Shown here in pieces: positions 48,700 to 58,426 of a stretch of DNA of 64,000 nt (position 1 is the stretch's first letter; each line of letters opens with the position of its first letter). The stretch is from Nitrospiraceae bacterium. Lineage in GTDB: Bacteria > Nitrospirota > Nitrospiria > Nitrospirales > Nitrospiraceae. The stretch covers positions 1 to 64,000 of the forward strand of contig JBBIQV010000010.1 in assembly GCA_037442105.1 (NCBI GenBank). Direction: 5' to 3'. Under the pieces are notes generated by a model. It saw nothing but the letters and a program-made list of their open reading frames with translations, searched no databases and was not told the origin of the DNA. Position numbers and translations under genes: made by a program.

Positions 48700-49539
48700 A
48701 TGGCACGATTGACGCGTGTGAGCATTCCACGTCCCATCCTCATTCCCTTTATTTTTATCCTGGCGCTCGGCGCGCTTGTTTTGGGCGGACTGGGTATCCC
48801 CGTTGTCAGCTCCGGGGGTATGATCATCCGGTCTCAGTTGATCGAAGGCGACATCCCGTCCGCTCCGGACGATCCGGCTTGGACCAAGATTCCACCGATG
48901 ACGCTCCCTCTCAGTGGGCAGATTATTACGCGCCCCGTGTGGCCTGAGCCCACGGCCCGCGCGTTGGTTGTCCGGTCGGTGCATAACGGGACGGATATCG
49001 CGTTTTTGCTGGAATGGCAGGACAACACCAAGAACGACCGGCTCACACCGGGGACCTTTCGCGATGGGGTCGCGCTGGGCCTGCCGCTGGGCGATGCACC
49101 GGCGTTTTTTTGCATGGGCCAGTTGGATCACTACATCAACATCTGGCATTGGAAGGCGGATTGGCAGAGCGATATCGACCGTCGCGCGGCCCGGTCCAGT
49201 GAAAAGCCGAGCGGCGAGGGAGGCCCCCGCAAGTTTGAAGTTATTCCACGGCGCATCTCTTCTGTGGAGGACTTGATCGGCGGCGGGTTCAGCACATTGA
49301 CCACCAAAGAGAAACAGGGGCGCGTGCAAGGCAAGGCCGTATGGAAGGACGGCATCTGGCGTGTGGTGATGAAACGGCCGCTGTCCATTGCCGAGCAGGA
49401 AAACGAGGCCAAGCTTATTCCGGGCCGAATCCAGACGGTGTCGTTCGCGGTCTGGAACGGCGAGAACAAGGAGCGCAACGGGCAAAAAGCCGTGGCGCCG
49501 TGGTTTCAACTGTTGATCGACCCGGTTGTGACGTCTTAG
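48700..49539 (+). CDS. Second ethylbenzene-dehydrogenase-gamma-like (NxrC-like) protein
   Basis: 'FLLEWQD.T', 'FRDG', 'FCMGQ', 'SVEDL..GFSTLT', 'FAVWNG..ERNGQK'; paralogous to 41990. Confidence 0.85.
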   Translation: MARLTRVSIPRPILIPFIFILALGALVLGGLGIPVVSSGGMIIRSQLIEGDIPSAPDDPAWTKIPPMTLPLSGQIITRPVWPEPTARALVVRSVHNGTDIAFLLEWQDNTKNDRLTPGTFRDGVALGLPLGDAPAFFCMGQLDHYINIWHWKADWQSDIDRRAARSSEKPSGEGGPRKFEVIPRRISSVEDLIGGGFSTLTTKEKQGRVQGKAVWKDGIWRVVMKRPLSIAEQENEAKLIPGRIQTVSFAVWNGENKERNGQKAVAPWFQLLIDPVVTS

Positions 49540-49560
49540 CGATTCCGGGGAAGGTCCAGG

Positions 49561-50046
49561 GTGGAGGTTGACCGCAACCAATATCGGTCGGTATCAGGAA
49601 AAGCCCTCCCCTACGGAAGGGCTTTTTTTGTGTGCGTCTGCGTAGTGACAGCGTCGGCGTGGTTCTTGTCCGGTGTATCGCTCGCGGCTGCCACGAATGG
49701 GGAGATGACCAATGAAGAAGCGATCCGCCTCGGCGAAGAGTTCGGCATTATCGTCGGGGAGGTGGATGAGGAGATTCAGAAAGAATTGAGGATGCAACGG
49801 CCGGAAGGCGTAGCCGTTTTCGAGGTGATCGGAAACTCGCGGGCGGATTATGCCGGTATCAAGGTGCGATCGGTCATCAAAGAAATCGATAAGAACGACG
49901 TCAGGAACTTGAAAGACTTCGGCAAGGCCCTGAAGCGAGCCATGGGCGAGTGCAATTTCACGGTCGGGACCTATGAGCCGGCCGATCCCGGTGATCCGGT
50001 CGGCTGGGGCGTGAATTTCCATTTTGTCGGGTGCAAGCGCGATTAA
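49561..50046 (+). CDS. Small PDZ-domain protein (start uncertain)
   Basis: 'EGVAVFEV..NSRADYAGIKVRSVIKEID'; a terminator-like hairpin at about 49599-49629 overlaps the 5' end. Confidence 0.7.
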   Translation: MEVDRNQYRSVSGKALPYGRAFFVCVCVVTASAWFLSGVSLAAATNGEMTNEEAIRLGEEFGIIVGEVDEEIQKELRMQRPEGVAVFEVIGNSRADYAGIKVRSVIKEIDKNDVRNLKDFGKALKRAMGECNFTVGTYEPADPGDPVGWGVNFHFVGCKRD

Positions 50047-50067
50047 GCCGATTGTTCGGAGCAAGTC

Positions 50068-51366
50068 ATGATGGGGCGAGTGCATAAATTGTTAGTGGGT
50101 GGGCTTCTGGTCCTGATGGTGGGGGTGAATGCCATCTATCATGGGAAAGCGATCGCGCAGAAAGCGGACGGGCAAGCTCCTGCCGACTGGGTGGCGGAGA
50201 TCGAGAAGGTGTTCATCCGGTCGGAGGAATGCAAGCAGTGCCACGATCGCCACTTCGAGGAATGGAAAGGCATGCGCGAGCAGACGATGGACCTGAAAAC
50301 GTTCGGCCGGGTGGACGCGGCGTTGCTGCACGGCACGGCGTTCGAATCGCCGGTCTTTCGCACCGTGTTCGGCGTCTGGATGCAGACCGATCCCACGGCG
50401 GAGGAGCGGCAGCGCTGCCTCTCCTGTCACGCGCCGGCAGTCACGGTGTTCCCGCAACATGCGGACAAGCTCGCCGCCCAAGTGCTGTCCGGCAAGCCGG
50501 GCGTCGAAGGCATCGGGTGCGCGTCATGCCATTTGATCAATTCGACGGAGAAAATGCCGGCTCCGCCGCCGACGTTCAAGGTGCAACCGGGCACCATGCT
50601 ATACGGCCCCTATGCCGATCCGGAAGAAAACCTCGTACACCCCGCGACCCAGTCCGACCTGTTCCGGGGGGCAAACTATTGCGCGTCCTGCCATTTCGAC
50701 AAGGTGAAGGATGTGACGCAGCGCGATCTGCCCGGCGAGATTCTCCAGGGCACCATCTGTCAGGACTGCCACATGGAGCCGTCGACCGGCAGTTCGACTT
50801 CGAAGCGCGGCGCCATGACGCGATCAATCGGGCGGCATTGGTTCCGTGGCGTGGTGATTCCGGGGACCCTCCTCAAGAACAGAAACTTGCAAGCGGAATG
50901 GATGCCGCGCATGGATATTGAAGCGAGCAAATCCGTCACGGCTGTGGAGGGGACAATTCTGGTGAGGGTCGGCAGTCTCCCGCATAGTTTCCCTGATGGG
51001 GATCCTGTCCTAAAGCAGTTTTTTGTCACCATTTCAGTGAAGGATGCTCAGGGACGCGTGTTGGCACAGGAGGTGAAACGGTTCGGTTTGCCCTACGACA
51101 AGATCCTGCGAGGACCGATCCCGGATCCCTTTGTGAAAGGCGGCACCACCAGGCGGGTGCCGTTCTCGGCGAGTCTGGCGGGCGACGCTGTTCCGGCCAC
51201 GATTGAAGCGGTATTGAGCTATGCGCTGATTCCGGAGCCTGAGGCGAGTCTCAAGGAAAAGTATCTCTCCACCTTGCAAACCGATCAGGAGCGGGCGGCG
51301 GCCGTGAAGGTTCTCGATGAATATGTGCAGCCCCGCGTGCTGACATACAGGGCCAAGTCGCTGTGA
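50068..51366 (+). CDS. Exported pentahaem cytochrome c (c554/c552-like)
   Basis: CKQCH, CLSCH, CASCH, CASCH, CQDCH; signal peptide. Confidence 0.9.
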   Translation: MMGRVHKLLVGGLLVLMVGVNAIYHGKAIAQKADGQAPADWVAEIEKVFIRSEECKQCHDRHFEEWKGMREQTMDLKTFGRVDAALLHGTAFESPVFRTVFGVWMQTDPTAEERQRCLSCHAPAVTVFPQHADKLAAQVLSGKPGVEGIGCASCHLINSTEKMPAPPPTFKVQPGTMLYGPYADPEENLVHPATQSDLFRGANYCASCHFDKVKDVTQRDLPGEILQGTICQDCHMEPSTGSSTSKRGAMTRSIGRHWFRGVVIPGTLLKNRNLQAEWMPRMDIEASKSVTAVEGTILVRVGSLPHSFPDGDPVLKQFFVTISVKDAQGRVLAQEVKRFGLPYDKILRGPIPDPFVKGGTTRRVPFSASLAGDAVPATIEAVLSYALIPEPEASLKEKYLSTLQTDQERAAAVKVLDEYVQPRVLTYRAKSL

Positions 51367-51382
51367 ACAGGAGCACGCTACG

Positions 51383-52621
51383 GTGAGGGGGCTCAAGGGC
51401 ATCGCGACGGTTGCGGGTGTGGGGCTGGCGGTGGCGCTGACAATGGCGGTCGGCCAAGCTGTCGACCACGGAATGGCCCAGGATGCCAAGTTCCAGGCAG
51501 TGATCGAGAAAGCCTTTCCCAACTCCAACAAGTGCAAACGCTGTCACGAACGGGTGTTCGAGGAATGGGAAACGTCTCCGCTCTCGCGGTCGATCCATTC
51601 TCCGGCCTTCCGGGCGGCCTTAGACGAATATCTCACTTTCTCGGTCGGGAAGGACAAGTCGCTCTGCTTCCGATGTCATGCGCCGCATGTGCGCGAATTT
51701 CCCGACCACGCGCAGGCTTTCGTCGCCCAGGCTCAATCAGGAGACCCTTCGCTGGACGGCGTGGCCTGTTCCCAATGTCATTTGATCAAGCAAGTCGATC
51801 GCACCAAGCAGCCGCCGGAGCCGAAATACGAAGTGGGGAACAAAACCCTCTATGGGCCCTACAAAGATTTTGTGCCGAACAAGGCGCACCAGTCGCAGGA
51901 TTCCGACCTGTTCCGCAAGTCGGACCTCTGTCTCAATTGTCACCAGTCCGTTCCAGCGGCAGCGAATCTGGGAAAGGCCAACGATCTGCTCGGCAATTGG
52001 GATCAGAGCAAGGCCGTGAAGTCCGGCAAGGAATGCCAAACCTGCCACATGCCGGAACAAATCGGCGAGTCAGCCAACGGCGAAGCGAAGCGCAAAGTAG
52101 CCAACCACACTTTCCCTGGTCGAATCGGCAAGCTGCGGCAGGAAGCGGCCAAGCTGGAGGTAGCCACTAAGGTCGAAGGCGACAAGACGATCGTGACTGT
52201 GGCGGTGCAGAGCCTGGTACCGCACAACCTGCCGACCACACATCCGGCCTGGGCCTCCGTGGTGCTGGACCTCGATATCAAGGGGAAAAATCTCAAGACG
52301 GTGTTCAGTGAACGGCGGGTGTACGGGCGGACCTATGCCGATGCCAAGGGCCAGAAAACGAATTTCGATTTCGAGGCTGTGAAGGTACTCGACGATACCG
52401 TTCTGAAACCGGAAGAGCGGCGGGTCGAAACCTTTACCTTCCCCACGCCGAAGGACACCAGGTCGTTCGACGTCGACGTGACCCTCAACTACGCGCCCAT
52501 ATCGGGCCCGGCGCCGTTTCTCCAACGCATCGAAGCCGAATCCTCAAAAGGGTCGCAAGACCCGGTGTTCCAACCCATCCAGATCGTCAAGTACAGCGAG
52601 AATATACCGCTCGCAAAGTAG
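51383..52621 (+). CDS. Exported pentahaem cytochrome c (paralogue)
   Basis: CKRCH, CFRCH, CSQCH, CLNCH, CQTCH; signal peptide. Confidence 0.9.
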   Translation: MRGLKGIATVAGVGLAVALTMAVGQAVDHGMAQDAKFQAVIEKAFPNSNKCKRCHERVFEEWETSPLSRSIHSPAFRAALDEYLTFSVGKDKSLCFRCHAPHVREFPDHAQAFVAQAQSGDPSLDGVACSQCHLIKQVDRTKQPPEPKYEVGNKTLYGPYKDFVPNKAHQSQDSDLFRKSDLCLNCHQSVPAAANLGKANDLLGNWDQSKAVKSGKECQTCHMPEQIGESANGEAKRKVANHTFPGRIGKLRQEAAKLEVATKVEGDKTIVTVAVQSLVPHNLPTTHPAWASVVLDLDIKGKNLKTVFSERRVYGRTYADAKGQKTNFDFEAVKVLDDTVLKPEERRVETFTFPTPKDTRSFDVDVTLNYAPISGPAPFLQRIEAESSKGSQDPVFQPIQIVKYSENIPLAK

Positions 52622-52691
52622 GATAAAGGTCCGCGGCAAGGGGGTCGGAAGGCTTGACGAGGGCCCTGTCTCTAGCCCCTCGCCTTGTTTG

Positions 52692-52946
52692 TTATTCAGC
52701 GACGATCCGCGAGCCAGGGGATTTCATCTTGAAGATCTGAATGGCGGAGTAGACGTGCTTGGCCGGCTGATTCAGGATGAGGCGCGAGTTCGTGATGTGG
52801 GTATCAATCAGTTCGTAGGGCCCACCGCTATAGTAAATGTCACAGTCGTCGATCGAGCAATTGCGGTACACATGGTTATCCAGCGACAGCTTGTGTTTGC
52901 TGAACGTCTGTCCCTCCACCACGATATAATCCGGCGCGAGTCCCAT
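52692..52946 (-). CDS. Small hypothetical protein (beta-helix-like)
   Basis: 84 aa with AAGGGA RBS; 'LDNHVYRNCSIDDCDIYYSGG'. Confidence 0.6.
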   Translation of the reverse strand: MGLAPDYIVVEGQTFSKHKLSLDNHVYRNCSIDDCDIYYSGGPYELIDTHITNSRLILNQPAKHVYSAIQIFKMKSPGSRIVAE

Positions 52947-53139
52947 CGATCCCTTCTCCGGCGCGCACTATAGCAAGTCCCTTCTCGAACCGCAAACCAG
53001 CCGGCAGAGTTTCCGCCATCAGCTCTTTACGCGCATTCCCCACCAAGAGGCGTGATTTCTCGCGGGGAAAGGGGGGTAAGCTTCCTGCCGCTTGACGGAC
53101 AAGGTGGACCGCCGGTGCACGTCGGAGCTGAAACACCGC

Positions 53140-53670
53140 GTTGAGATCGTCACCCACATCGTCCACGAGCTCGATCCGGACGGGAAGCAATTGCGCGTGG
53201 TCAAGTTCACCGACTACACGGCGGAGAAAGTCCGTACACTCTATCGATCTGCGTCGGAGTTGCGAACCGGATGGGCCGACCCGGAGCAGCGAGCCGAGAT
53301 AATCCAAAAACTGGCCGAGCGTGGCATCGACTTCGACGAGCTGGCGAAAGCCGCCGGCCAGCCGGATTCGGACCCCTTCGATCTGCTCTGTCACGTCGCG
53401 TTCAATGCGCCCTTGCGGACGAGACGAGAGCGGGCGGACCGGCTGAGAAGAGAGGAAAAGGACTTCTTCGATCATCAGTATGGACCGCAAGCAAAGGAGA
53501 TACTGGGCGAGCTGTTGGAGAAGTATGCCGAATACGGCACGGCGCAGTTTGTTATCCCCGACGTATTGAAAGTGCCGCCGATCTCTGAACGGGGCAACGT
53601 TATGGAAATTGCCGGATTCTTCGGCGGTCCGGAGCAGCTTCGCACGGCAGTCCATCGATTGCAAACATTA
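53140..53670 (+). pseudogene. hsdR: Remnant of type I restriction enzyme R subunit (EcoEI/EcoAI C-terminal domain)
   Basis: 'ELDPDGKQL...DPFDLLCHVAFNAPLRTRRERA..EILGELLEKYA..LKVPP..EIAGFFGG..L..LQ'; no nuclease or helicase part, no hsdM/S nearby. Confidence 0.75.
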
Positions 53671-53739
53671 CGAAAACTGCATTTGGATGCCCCGCCCGGT
53701 AGGGCGGGGTTCTTTAATTTTCTTGCCGCTGCCTCTACG

Positions 53740-53835
53740 AAGATGGCTTGGACGGTCCTCGGCTTGCGCGCATCGAGCGACCACAGTTTCACCGTGGGGG
53801 TTCTGCGAGCACAAGAGGACCGTCCAAGCCATCTT
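53740..53835. repeat. Long palindromic (REP/MITE-like) element
   Basis: Perfect 21-bp IR AAGATGGCTTGGACGGTCCTC / GAGGACCGTCCAAGCCATCTT with inner stems. Confidence 0.8.
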
Positions 53836-53848
53836 TCCACCATTTTTC

Positions 53849-53877
53849 TTGATCCTCCCACGCTCTCTGTATAGAAT
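53849..53877 (+). promoter_or_regulatory. Candidate sigma70 promoter for hppA
   Basis: TTGATC-N17-TAGAAT. Confidence 0.5.
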
Positions 53878-54015
53878 GGCCTCACTTTTCGAGTAGTTAG
53901 CCGTTTCAAGCAGTGCCATCCTGCGGATCTTCCCATCGCAGATGATTTCGGGTTGTCTGAGAGGGGCGGCGTGTGAGCGCCGTGCCCCTTAACTTAACTA
54001 GAGGAGGAGAGTCCT

Positions 54016-56070
54016 GTGAGCGAATCAGCAGTAGTGATCTTTGCCATTCTGTCGGCGGCGGCCGGCATCGGCTATGGGCTGTACCTGGCGCTTTGGGTGT
54101 TCAAGCTCGACGCAGGCAATAAGGAGATGCAGCGGATCGCGCAGGCGATCCAGGAAGGCGCTTCCGCTTATCTCAATCGTCAATACCGGACGGTTGGGAT
54201 CGTCGCCGCAGGTCTCTTCACGATCTTATGGCTGGCGGGGTTCTGGTCCGACAAGTTCGGGCTCCTTACAGCGATTGGTTTTCTGGTAGGGGCCGGGGCC
54301 TCCGCGACGGCCGGCTATGTCGGTATGTATATCGCGGTGCGAGCGAACGTGCGAACGGCCCAGGCTGCACACAACGGACTCAATGCAGCCTTGACGGTGG
54401 CGTTTCGCGGCGGTGCGGTGACGGGGCTCTTGCTCATCGGATTGGGACTCCTCGCGCTCACGGGATTCTATGTCATTGCTCAGCAGCTGGCGGGACAGGA
54501 GAAGGCGGTTCATGCGTTGCTCAGTCTGGGATTCGGTGGCAGTCTGATTTCGGTGTTTGCCCGCGTCGGCGGTGGGATTTATACGAAAGCGGCGGACGTC
54601 GGTGCCGACCTCGTCGGCAAGGTCGAGGCCGGTATTCCCGAAGACGATCCACGCAATCCCGCGGTGATCGCCGATAATGTGGGCGACAATGTCGGCGATT
54701 GCGCCGGCATGGCCGCCGACCTGTTTGAAACTTACGCCGTGACCACCGTGGCGGCAATGGTGCTGGCCTTCACGATCTTCAAGGGGCAATCGCAGCCGAT
54801 CTTCTATCCTCTGGCGCTGGGCGGGATGACGATCCTAGCCACCATCATCGGGATTTTCTTCGTCAAGGTCGGACAGGACGGCGGCATTATGACGGCGCTC
54901 TATAAGGGTCTGTTTGTCGCTGCCGGCATTGCGGCGGTGGCCTTCTACCCGATCACGACTTCGATGATGGAAGGGGTGGGAGGAGTCAGCGGGATAAGCT
55001 ATTACCTGGCGGCTCTGCTGGGATTGCTCGTGACCGTGGCGCTGGTGTTCATCACTGACTATTACACCTCGAAGAGCTATTCTCCGGTGAAAGAAATTGC
55101 CAAGGCCAGCGAAACGGGCCACGCGACGAACATCATTGCCGGCTTGGCGGTGGGCATGCAGGCGACGGCTTGGCCGGTGGTCGTCATCGCGGCCGCGATC
55201 CTCGGAAGCTTTTGGATCTGCGGTGGCGCCGATAAGGGTGGGCTCTACGGAGTGGCGGTGGCGGCTGTGTCGATGCTCTCGATGGCAGGCATTGTGGTCG
55301 CGATCGATGCATTCGGCCCGATCACCGATAACGCGGGCGGGATCGCGGAGATGGCGCATCTTGGGAAAGATGTCCGTAACATCACCGATCCGCTCGATGC
55401 CGTGGGCAATACCACCAAGGCCGTGACGAAGGGCTACGCGATCGGATCGGCGGGATTGGCGGCGGTGGTTCTGTTTGCCGAGTATGCGCGCGAGGTGGCG
55501 AAAGGCAGCGCAGCGAGCAGCTTCGATCTGTCCAATCCTTCCGTTCTCGTGGGACTGTTCCTGGGCGGCATGTTGCCGTTCCTGTTCGGCGCCATGTGCA
55601 TGAAGGCGGTCGGACAGGCCGGCGGGCTTATCGTGGAAGAAGTGCGGCGGCAGTTCAGAACGATTAAAGGGATCATGGAAGGCACCGGAAAGCCTGAGTA
55701 CGGAACCTGCGTGGATATCGTGACCCAGGCCGCTATCAAGAAGATGATGGTGCCGGGACTTATTCCGGTGGCCTCGCCGATTCTGGTCGGTGTGATCCTG
55801 GGACCGCAGGCGCTGGGCGGCGTGCTGGTCGGCAGCATCGTCACCGGTCTCTTTGTCGCGATCTCGATGACCAGCGGCGGCGGCGCCTGGGATAACGCGA
55901 AGAAGTATATTGAGGAACAGGGTAAGAAGGGGACCGACACACACAAAGCAGCCGTGACGGGAGACACGGTCGGCGATCCGTACAAAGATACGGCGGGCCC
56001 GGCGGTGAATCCCATGATCAAGGTCATCAACATCGTGGCGCTCTTGATCGTGTCGCTCCTCGTGCACTGA
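54016..56070 (+). CDS. hppA: Membrane-bound H+-translocating pyrophosphatase, K+-independent type
   Basis: '[11 protein letters not shown]', 'EDDPRN', 'GDTVGDP.KD'; GNTTKA (Lys is the K+-independent signature). Confidence 0.96.
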   Translation: MSESAVVIFAILSAAAGIGYGLYLALWVFKLDAGNKEMQRIAQAIQEGASAYLNRQYRTVGIVAAGLFTILWLAGFWSDKFGLLTAIGFLVGAGASATAGYVGMYIAVRANVRTAQAAHNGLNAALTVAFRGGAVTGLLLIGLGLLALTGFYVIAQQLAGQEKAVHALLSLGFGGSLISVFARVGGGIYTKAADVGADLVGKVEAGIPEDDPRNPAVIADNVGDNVGDCAGMAADLFETYAVTTVAAMVLAFTIFKGQSQPIFYPLALGGMTILATIIGIFFVKVGQDGGIMTALYKGLFVAAGIAAVAFYPITTSMMEGVGGVSGISYYLAALLGLLVTVALVFITDYYTSKSYSPVKEIAKASETGHATNIIAGLAVGMQATAWPVVVIAAAILGSFWICGGADKGGLYGVAVAAVSMLSMAGIVVAIDAFGPITDNAGGIAEMAHLGKDVRNITDPLDAVGNTTKAVTKGYAIGSAGLAAVVLFAEYAREVAKGSAASSFDLSNPSVLVGLFLGGMLPFLFGAMCMKAVGQAGGLIVEEVRRQFRTIKGIMEGTGKPEYGTCVDIVTQAAIKKMMVPGLIPVASPILVGVILGPQALGGVLVGSIVTGLFVAISMTSGGGAWDNAKKYIEEQGKKGTDTHKAAVTGDTVGDPYKDTAGPAVNPMIKVINIVALLIVSLLVH

Positions 56071-56206
56071 CGTTCTCGGAGAATGCACTGCCGGCGCAGC
56101 GGCTTCGCTTGACGGGGAGAATCAGCCTGGGGTAAGGTGATTTCAAGCGATCATGCTGGAATGGAGTCTGCAAATCGAGGCTTCATGAGCTACGGGAGGT
56201 GCTCCG

Positions 56207-56404
56207 ATGGAGAAACAGGAGAGGAGACCCGAGACCAGGAAGGACCCGCAAGCAAGAGAGGAGGTCAAACCGAATCCCAAGGTTGTCGATGCCGGCAAGA
56301 AACTCAAAGAGGATATCGATAAACTAGTGGATGAGATCGACGATGTCCTCGAAAAGAATGCAGAAGAGTTTGTGAAAAACTACGTCCAGAAGGGAGGAGA
56401 GTAA
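56207..56404 (+). CDS. pup: Prokaryotic ubiquitin-like protein Pup
   Basis: 65 aa ending 'DKLVDEIDDVLEKNAEEFVKNYVQKGGE'; GGAGG RBS. Confidence 0.93.
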   Translation: MEKQERRPETRKDPQAREEVKPNPKVVDAGKKLKEDIDKLVDEIDDVLEKNAEEFVKNYVQKGGE

Positions 56405-56615
56405 GGCAGCATCGAGCTGCTCGAAAAACTGAACCGAGCAACGGTTTTCCCTCGTACGATACATTTGTTCTTTTCCTCAGCGCTGTCTTCATTGATCCGT
56501 CTGTGCCCGTTCTTCGTTCGCCTGCCTTGTGCATCATGTTGATCGACTGATACGTGAGCTGTGGCTCGCCTGTGCCGGAGGTTTCGTTGCGCGAGCTGTT
56601 CTTGCTCGGCGTGGT

Positions 56616-56644
56616 TTGACAAAGAGTTGGGGAGCCTATACTAT
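56616..56644 (+). promoter_or_regulatory. Candidate sigma70 promoter for recJ-rel
   Basis: TTGACA-N17-TACTAT. Confidence 0.6.
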
Positions 56645-56716
56645 TCCCCTTACTTCTCAATAAGTTGCGGCTAGTGATTCTACTGCATGTTGCCTGTCAT
56701 GTGATGTGACAAGACT

Positions 56717-58417
56717 ATGCGCGAAAGACTCTGGATTTTCAGGCAAGTCAGTTCCGCGCAGCAAGCGGCCTTAGCGCAGGCACTCTCGATTTCTCCCATC
56801 ACCGCGTTGGTGCTGCTCGCGCGTGGCGTGACGACGCTGGAAGAAGCCGGCCGCTGGCTGGCGCTCCACACAGAACCATCCCACGATCCCTTCCTGTTGC
56901 CTGATATGGAACGAACGGTCGATCGGCTCCATCGGGCGGTCGAGCAGGGCGAGCGCATCTGCTTTTACGGCGATTACGACGTTGATGGGGTATCGGCGAC
57001 AAGCATTTATCTGTCTTTCTTCCGGTCGCTCGGAGCGAACGGGCACGTGTACATTCCTCATCGCCTCCACGAGGGCTATGGCTTGAATGAAGACGCGATC
57101 TGGGCGTTGCATCGAGACGGCGTGTCGCTGGTAGTGACCTCGGATTGCGGGACGACATCGCACCGCGAGATCGAACTGGCGAATCGCTTAGGGCTCGATG
57201 TGGTGGTCACCGACCATCACCAGCCTGATGAGCATCTGCCCCCGGCAATGGCGTTATTGAACCCTTACCGGACCGGCACTGCCTATCCCTTCAAGGGTCT
57301 CTGTTCCGGCGGACTGGCCTTCAAGGTGGTGCAGGCCTACCAGATGAAATATGGAGCGGACTTCTCCCTCGACATGCTGTATGACCTGGTGGCGCTCTCG
57401 ACCATTGCGGATATTGTGCCGTTGCAGGATGAAAATCGGCGATTCGTGCGCGAAGGGCTGGCGCAGTTGTCGCGCGGCGCTCGTTGCGGCATCCGCGCAT
57501 TGAAACAGATGGCCGGGATCGCGCGGGACTGCACAGCGGAAACCGTTGCTTTCAAGCTGGCGCCTCGCCTGAATGCGGCCGGCCGGTTGGCCCACGCGCT
57601 GCTGGGGGTGCAGTTGCTCACCACGGAGTCCGACCTGGAGGCCAGACGGTTGGCGGAAGAATTAGAGCGGCTCAACCGGGAGCGTCAGCAGATCGAGGAG
57701 CAGATTACCACGGAGGCCATGTCCGCGATCGATCGAGATGATCCACCTGCTGCGATTGTCCTCGGCGCCAAGCAGTGGCATCTGGGGGTGGTGGGGATCG
57801 TCGCGGCTCGGCTCGTGGAACGGTTTCATCGCCCTGCCGTGGTAATGGCCGTCAATGAGCGGGGAATTGCCAAAGGGTCAGCCAGGACTGTGCCCGGCTT
57901 CGATCTGTATCAAGCGCTGACGGCTTGCCGGGATCTCTTAGTGGGATACGGCGGCCATCCGACCGCAGCGGGACTCACGATTCAGGAGGCTCATATTCCG
58001 GAGTTTCGCGAGCGATTTGCTTCTCTCGCCGTCGCAGCATCCAACGGAGGTCAGCGAGTGCCGGCTCTCCACGTGGATGCGGAGGTCAACCTGACCGAAG
58101 TCAATCTTCGGTTGATTCGTGAGTTGGGAACGCTCCATCCTTTCGGCGCCGGGAACCCGGAGCCGACGTTCGCGGTCAGGAATCTTTCGGTGCTCAATGC
58201 GCGGGTGGTGGGAGAGAAGCATCTCAAACTGACCGTGCGACAAGGGAACTCGATGACGTTCGACAGCATCGGCTTTGGACTCGGAGCCCTCGCCGAGCGG
58301 GGACTGGCCTCCCGCCGTCCTGTCGATCTCGCATTCGTTCCAGAAATGAATCGCTGGAACGGCTACGACCGGATCCAGTTGCGTATTCGTGATGTGCGCA
58401 TGAGTGAGCTTCTATAG
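56717..58417 (+). CDS. recJ: ssDNA exonuclease RecJ
   Basis: 'YGDYDVDG', 'VTSDCG', 'TDHH', 'PRLNAAGRL', 'GGHPTAAG'. Confidence 0.96.
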   Translation: MRERLWIFRQVSSAQQAALAQALSISPITALVLLARGVTTLEEAGRWLALHTEPSHDPFLLPDMERTVDRLHRAVEQGERICFYGDYDVDGVSATSIYLSFFRSLGANGHVYIPHRLHEGYGLNEDAIWALHRDGVSLVVTSDCGTTSHREIELANRLGLDVVVTDHHQPDEHLPPAMALLNPYRTGTAYPFKGLCSGGLAFKVVQAYQMKYGADFSLDMLYDLVALSTIADIVPLQDENRRFVREGLAQLSRGARCGIRALKQMAGIARDCTAETVAFKLAPRLNAAGRLAHALLGVQLLTTESDLEARRLAEELERLNRERQQIEEQITTEAMSAIDRDDPPAAIVLGAKQWHLGVVGIVAARLVERFHRPAVVMAVNERGIAKGSARTVPGFDLYQALTACRDLLVGYGGHPTAAGLTIQEAHIPEFRERFASLAVAASNGGQRVPALHVDAEVNLTEVNLRLIRELGTLHPFGAGNPEPTFAVRNLSVLNARVVGEKHLKLTVRQGNSMTFDSIGFGLGALAERGLASRRPVDLAFVPEMNRWNGYDRIQLRIRDVRMSELL

Positions 58418-58426
58418 GTTGCCCGG

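Noticed and set aside
53092..53874. 260-aa ORF as an intact gene
   Set aside because: Chimera of an hsdR 3' remnant and read-through into palindromic non-coding DNA.
56405..56615. Possible ncRNA between pup and recJ (CCGAGCAA/TTGCTCGG pairing)
   Set aside because: Only an 8-bp long-range match and no recognisable RNA family.
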